Origin: Dictyostelium discoideum
Taxonomy: Eukaryota
Direction: 5' to 3'
Assembly: GCA_000004695.1 (NCBI GenBank)
Contig: CM000152.2
Coordinates: 768,001 to 832,000, forward strand
Length of the DNA stretch: 64,000 bases
Below the pieces are notes generated by a model. That model was not told the DNA's origin. It saw nothing but the letters and a program-made list of their open reading frames with translations, and made no database searches. The translations under genes were made by a program, and so were the position numbers. Shown here piece by piece: positions 55,240 through 64,000 of the stretch (its first letter is position 1; every line of letters begins with the position of its first letter).

Positions 55240-56101
55240 TTACTAATATACTTAATTTCAAAATAATTTTTAGTTCTGGTTGTTGGTCATTTTCAGCTAC
55301 TGGAGCAACTGAAGGTGCCCATAAACTTGCTAATAATGGTACAAATGAATTGGTTTCATTATCTGAACAAAATTTAATTGATTGTTCAACTCCATTTGGT
55401 AATACTGGGTGTAATGGTGGAGTGATAACATATGCATTTGAATATATTATTAGTAATGGGGGTATAGATACAGAGAAATCATATCCATTTGAAGGTACAG
55501 ATGGAACTTGTCGTTATAAATCTGAAAATTCGGGTGCAACAATTTCATCATATGTAAATGTTACATTTGGTTCAGAAAGTTCATTAGAATCTGCTGTAAA
55601 TGTTAATCCAGTTGCATGTTCAATTGATGCATCACATAGTAGTTTTCTATTTTATAAATCTGGTATTTATTTTGAACCAGCTTGTTCGAGAACCAACCTT
55701 GATCATGGTGTTTTAGTAGTTGGTTATGGTACTGAAAATAGCCAATCACAAGATTCAAGTAGTGAACCAAATCATTCAAATTATTGGATTGCTAAAAACT
55801 CGTAAGTTTTAAAACATTTATTATTCAATAATTTTAAAATATTAAATTATTATTATTTTCTAACCACATAATTTTTTAATTTTTATTATTATAATCTCAA
55901 TAGTTGGGGAAATGAGTAAGTATTTTATAATATTTAAAATTACAATTATATAATTTTAATTTTTAATATTTCACTAACAACAATAAAAATATATTTTTAA
56001 ATTTATATTATAGTTGGGGAATAAATGGTTATATTTTAATGAGCAAGGATAGAGATAATATGTGTGGAATTTCAACATTAGCATCATTCCCAATTGTATA
56101 A
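54687..56101 (+). CDS. Papain-family (cathepsin L-like) cysteine proteinase precursor
   Basis: Four exons: 54687..55084, 55274..55801, a 12-nt micro-exon 55904..55915, and 56014..56101. The signal peptide and I29 propeptide are present (ERFNIN-like: [20 protein letters not shown]). The catalytic Cys lies in NQQSCGSCWSFS, which spans intron 1, and His in [10 protein letters not shown]. Asn is in the KNSWGNDWGINGY segment, which is assembled only when the micro-exon is included. Confidence 0.85.
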
Positions 56102-56956
56102 AGAAAAAGTAAAATTAATTAAAAAAAAAAAATAGACATAATAAATTACATTAAATACCATCAATCGAAATTCGAAAAATTAAATAAAATTTCTAAATAA
56201 TTTATAAAAAAAAAAAAAAAAAAAAAAAAAGAAAAAAAAACAAAATTAAATTAATTAATTAATTTTAATACATTTATTTGGTCCTTTTTGAAAAAATTAA
56301 TAAAAATGTAAAATTAGATCGATAAAATATTTTACAAAAATTAAAAAAAATGAAAAAAATTGTAAAACTAATTAATCTGAATTATAAACAAGGGTGTTGG
56401 TAATATTACCCCCACACTAAAAAAAAAATAAAAAATAAAAAATAAAAAATTTTATTTAACAATTTTTTAAAAAAAAAAAAAAAAAACAATTTTGGTATTC
56501 CTTTTTTTTCCTTTTTATTTTTTTTTTTTGTACAATAAATATTGTTTGAAGGGATTTTTTTTTTTTTTTTTTTTTTGTATAATATATATTATTTGAATAG
56601 AATTTTTTAAAAAATTAAAATTATCATTGTTGATTTTTTTCTTTTTTTTTTTTGAAATATGAAAGTTAAACCTTTAGTGGATAGGTTTTGTTTGTTTTTT
56701 TTTTTTTTTTTTATGGTTTTCATTTTAATAATATTGTTACTAAATAATTTAACAAAATTTCAAATTTAAATTTTGCCCAGATATTGAGTACACTTTATAA
56801 TTAAGGGGGGTGAATGTTAATTATAAATTGAGAAAAACAATGATTGAACTAAAAAATATTTTTTTCAAATTATCTACTAAACTACTAGCAATATTAGAAG
56901 AAATGAATGTAAGCGCACAAAAAAAACAAAAATACGAAAAATTTTAATTTTATTAC

Positions 56957-57016
56957 CACAAACACAAACACAAACACAAACACAAATACAAGCACAAACA
57001 CAAACTCAAACTCAAA
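56957..57016. repeat. (CAAACA)n-like C/A microsatellite about 260 bp upstream of the 57274 GTPase gene
   Basis: Visible as acaaacacaaacacaaacacaaacacaaatacaagcacaaacacaaactcaaactcaaa. Contains no G. Confidence 0.85.
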
Positions 57017-57273
57017 TAATATTACCACATACAAGCAAACACACGAAAATATTTATTTTTTAAAAAAAATTTGTTAATTGCTGGTTAATTTGTATATTGA
57101 TAAGTCATTATTTAAAAAATATCCTTTTTCTTTGATTTTTTTTTTTTTTTTTTAAAAAAAAACAAATATGCATTTAAAAAAAAAAATCAATAAAAAAAAG
57201 AAAAGAAAGAAAAAAACTTTATTATTTATTTGATCACATATCATAAAAAAAAAAAATAAAAAAAATAAAAACT

Positions 57274-58184
<911 letters not shown>

Positions 58185-58495
58185 AATAAAAAAAATAAAA
58201 ATAATAAAAAATCCCTTAAATAAAAAAAAACTCTTTGAAAAATAAAATTTAAAAAAAGTCGTAAAATTTTGGAAAAGAATGCACGAAAAAGATATTTTCG
58301 GTATTATTTTTTTGTGCAGAGTGTCATGATTGCAATCGCATAAAAAAACCACAAATTTAATCAAATATGTTGCTTTAAACTTGAATTAATAATATTTACA
58401 TTTTTTTTTTTTTTTTTTTTTATTTTAATTAATTAATAGTTGTTTTATTTTTATTTTTTTAAAGAATTTTTAGCGTTTTTTTTATCTTTCCAAAC

Positions 58496-58542
<47 letters not shown>

Positions 58543-58824
58543 AACTTAGTTGTTTGAGTTTAAATATTTTTTGTCATTCACCTTTTTTTTTTTTTATTAT
58601 TTTTTTTTTTTTTTATTCAGAGCAAAACACACGATCGGTGAAGTCTTATTTTTATCAAAAAATAAAAAAAAAATAAAAAAAAAAATAAAAAATAAAAAAA
58701 TAAAAATTTTCTTAATGTTTTTAAATGATCAAAAAATAAAAAAAAAAAATGAAAATTAAATAAAATATATTTTTCTCCAAAAAAAAACATGGTCACTCAA
58801 GCCTCTTGGCCTCCAATCTTGGTT

Positions 58825-58911
<87 letters not shown>

Positions 58912-59062
58912 CATTTTACAGACAATGAGTAATGTCTTTAAAATATTAAACAGGTAAAAATTTAAATAGTAAAAAATAAAATTTAATTAAAAAAAAAAAA
59001 AAAAAATAAAACTATTAATGTAAAGTTTCATTTTTTCATTTTATTTAATAAAATTTTTTTTG

Positions 59063-61140
<2,078 letters not shown>

Positions 61141-62234
61141 AGTTATTAAATCTTAGAGAAAACACAAAAAAAAAATAAAAAAAAAAAAAAATCTATTTTT
61201 TTTTTCAATACACAAAGAGAAAACACAAAACTATACCAAAAAAAAAAAAAAAAACAATTTCTTTAAAATATTTTCAAATAACCTGAGAAGAGATATTTAA
61301 AAAATTGTAAAAAATTTTATTTTTTTTTATTTTTTTTTTATTCCAAATCTTTCATTTGGTGAAGTTTCAATATTTTCTTAACGTAAATAATTTATTTTTA
61401 TTTTATTTTTTATTTTTTTTTTTTTTTTTGAAAAAAAAAAAGATCAAACAAAAAAAAGAAATTGTAAAATGACCCAAGAGATAGGTTCTCAATCGTCGAT
61501 TAAAAATGGTATTTAAAAAATTAAAAAAGAAAAGATTTTATCTCGTTGTTAATGATTCTGTAATTAAAAAAAAATAAAATAAAAAAAAATAAAAAAAAAA
61601 TAAAAAAAAAAATAAAAAAAAAATAAAAACTTTTTTTTGATTGGGGGTGTTAAAATCTAAAAATAACATTGTTTTTTTTTTTTTTTCAAAATAATTTCAA
61701 ATTATCAATGCTTTATTATGAAATAGTGTTATATATCTAATAATTTTATTATTTATTTTGATTAAGTGGTTATTTTAGATTTTTAGGAAAATATTTTTAT
61801 GTTGGTGTCAAAAAGTGTGGTTTGGTTTTTTTTTTTTTTTTTTTTTTTTTTCAAAAAAAAAACAACACATCTGTACCAGCCCTTTTTTTTTTCTTTTTTT
61901 TTTTTTTATAATTGCACATAATATTTTCTCAGGTGATTTCAAAACCATATATATTTATACTATTTTTAATAACAAAAGAGTTAAAAATAAATTTGTGGTA
62001 ATACTCAAATGAGAGAGATATAAAATCATTATAATAACTTTGGTGTTTTTTTTTATTTTTTTTCTTTTAATTTTTTTTTTTATTTTTTATTTTTTTTATT
62101 CAAAAAACCTATCTTATATATTTTTTTTTTTTATTTTTTTTTATTTTAATAAATTTATTTTATTTTGTAAATTATAATTATAATTGTTTAAAAAAAAAAA
62201 AAAAATATCTATTTAATAAACCACTTATATTTAA

Positions 62235-62271
<37 letters not shown>

Positions 62272-62275
<4 letters not shown>

Positions 62276-63263
62276 TACCAAATTCACATTCAACATCAAC
62301 AATATTTTTTTCATCATCATCATGTCCACCATCACCAACATTAAATTCAACATCATCAAAACAATATTTAAGTCATTTAACGAATATTGTTTATGAAAAT
62401 AATTTAAATAAAAAAAATAAAGTTGAAAGTAAAAATCCATTTATTTTACATCCATCAGAATATCAAGGATATGTAGAATATCTTCAACGTAATACAGACC
62501 AATTATTAGATATATTAAAAGATCATACAATTTCAAGCGGAAATCATTATTACATATTATTTTCAAAAAATATAATTGAACATTATTCAAATGATATAGT
62601 TGTATTAGACCATTCAATAATTGGTATTAAAAAATTAAAAATTGTAAAATCATTCATTCTTAAAGAATATACAAATATAATCTATATAAATTTCATTCCA
62701 AAAGAACAAAAATCACAAGAATATTTCATTAAAATTGAAGTTGATTATAATTTTAAAATTAAAATTGACGGTTTACTACCAAATGGAATCTATGAATTGG
62801 ATTTAGGTGATACATATAATGAGCCGTTGTTGACCAATTGTAAAACTATACCAAGTTCAGTTAAAATTTTAAAAATTGGATATTCATATAATAATCCAAT
62901 TCATAATAATAGATTACCAATTGATTTGATATCATTAGATTGTGGATTTAGTTTTAATCAAAAAATACCATCTGGAATATTTTCAAATAGTTTAACAACA
63001 TTAAGATTTGGTAATAATTTTTCAAATCCAATTTCAAAGGGATCAGTACCATCATCAGTTAAATATATTCAATTTGGTGAGAAATTCGACCAAAAAACTA
63101 ATTTCCCACTATTACCCCCATCAATCACATCAATTGAATGTTTTTATAAACAACCTATAATCTCCCCGGATTCCACAAATCTATGCGAAATTGAATCTGA
63201 AATTAATATTGATAATGATTCATTTCCTGATCAATCTCCATATTGGTTATATGGTCATTTATT

Positions 63264-63311
<48 letters not shown>

Positions 63312-63874
63312 TATTAAAAGATTAAAACTATGTGGTAAACATTACTCATCATTCACTATAAATCCATTTAAAGATTCATTTCCATGGTTAAATTTAGAAC
63401 GAGTAGAATTTAGTTCGGAATTTGATACTTTAATCGAAGCTGGTACATTACCACCAAAATTAAAATACTTAAAATTCGGTTACTCATTTGATAGGCCAAT
63501 AGTTGTTGGTTCATTACCATCAACTTTGGAAACCCTTAAATTTGGTGAAAAATTCAATCAAACAATCTCAAAAAACTCAATTCCAAACTCTGTAAAAAAG
63601 TTAATATTTGGCTCAAGATATAATTGTGAAATATTAGCTTCAAATTTACCACCAAATTTAGAGGTTTTAGATTTAGGTTTATCCTATTCTTTTAATTTAT
63701 CTCAAAATTCAATTCCTAAAAAATTAAAAATACTATATTTAAATCATTCTTTTAATCATTTCATAATTGATATTTTACCAAATTCAATTAAAGAATTATA
63801 TTTTTCAAAGAAATCTCAAAATTTATTAGAACCTTTAAAAAAATCACGTTTATTATATCAACAATTATTAATTG

Positions 63875-63972
<98 letters not shown>

Positions 63973-64000
63973 ATTCAACAAATTCAACAAATTAAACAAA
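62272..64000 (+). CDS. FNIP-repeat-containing protein (Dictyostelium-type FNIP repeats), 3' end beyond window
   Basis: Open reading frame from ATG 62272 to the window end with no stop. It is absent from the ORF track because no stop occurs within the window. Contains 8 or more iterations of the FNIP-repeat pattern (IPxSVKxLxFGxxFNQxI...LPxSLxxLxFG), a polySer tract from (TCA)n, and a terminal polyQ from (CAA)n. Confidence 0.7.

Overview
The window is a very AT-rich eukaryotic nuclear segment with the hallmarks of Dictyostelium discoideum (or a close dictyostelid): AAT/CAA/TTA trinucleotide microsatellites inside and between genes, long poly(dA)/poly(dT) runs, and short spliceosomal introns (about 70-210 nt) with GTAAGT/GTATGT donors and TAG/CAG acceptors. 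There are no prokaryotic features (no operons, CRISPR arrays or rRNA). Reconstructing exons by hand from the ORF track gives about 28 protein-coding genes, roughly one per 2.3 kb, on both strands. All splice sites were inferred by eye and need RNA-seq confirmation.

- Housekeeping genes recognisable from conserved motifs and domain architecture: DNA polymerase epsilon subunit B (partial), signal peptidase subunit SPCS1, diphthine-ammonia ligase Dph6, DEAD-box helicase DDX23/Prp28, Maf1, ferroportin (SLC40), AP-3 mu, BLOC-1 subunit 2, a cytochrome P450 and a cathepsin-L-like cysteine protease.
- Other genes: a TehB-like methyltransferase fused to a rhodanese domain, a membrane-tethered bZIP factor (ATF6/CREB3-like), an N-myristoylated RhoGAP, a kelch-repeat protein, an F-box/SPRY protein, an ankyrin protein, and a FNIP-repeat protein running off the 3' end of the window.
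- Two paralogous Ras-family GTPases lack both the catalytic glutamine and a prenylation motif.
- Several secreted or membrane proteins have no assignable family.

The most unusual non-genic structures are:

- A 4.5-copy tandem array of a 70-bp unit carrying a motif that resembles the Dictyostelium class I ncRNA signature (31906-32190).
- A GC-enriched island of about 1 kb with no ORF between two divergent promoters (about 6290-7260).
- A GC-rich element with a tRNA T-arm-like motif, flanked by long poly(dT) runs, inside intron 1 of the protease gene.
- C/A-rich, G-depleted strand-asymmetric tracts 5' of several genes.
- At least five introns largely filled by sense-strand (UUA)n microsatellites.

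No novel multi-gene system in the prokaryotic sense is present. The interest here lies in the candidate non-coding elements and the atypical GTPase pair.
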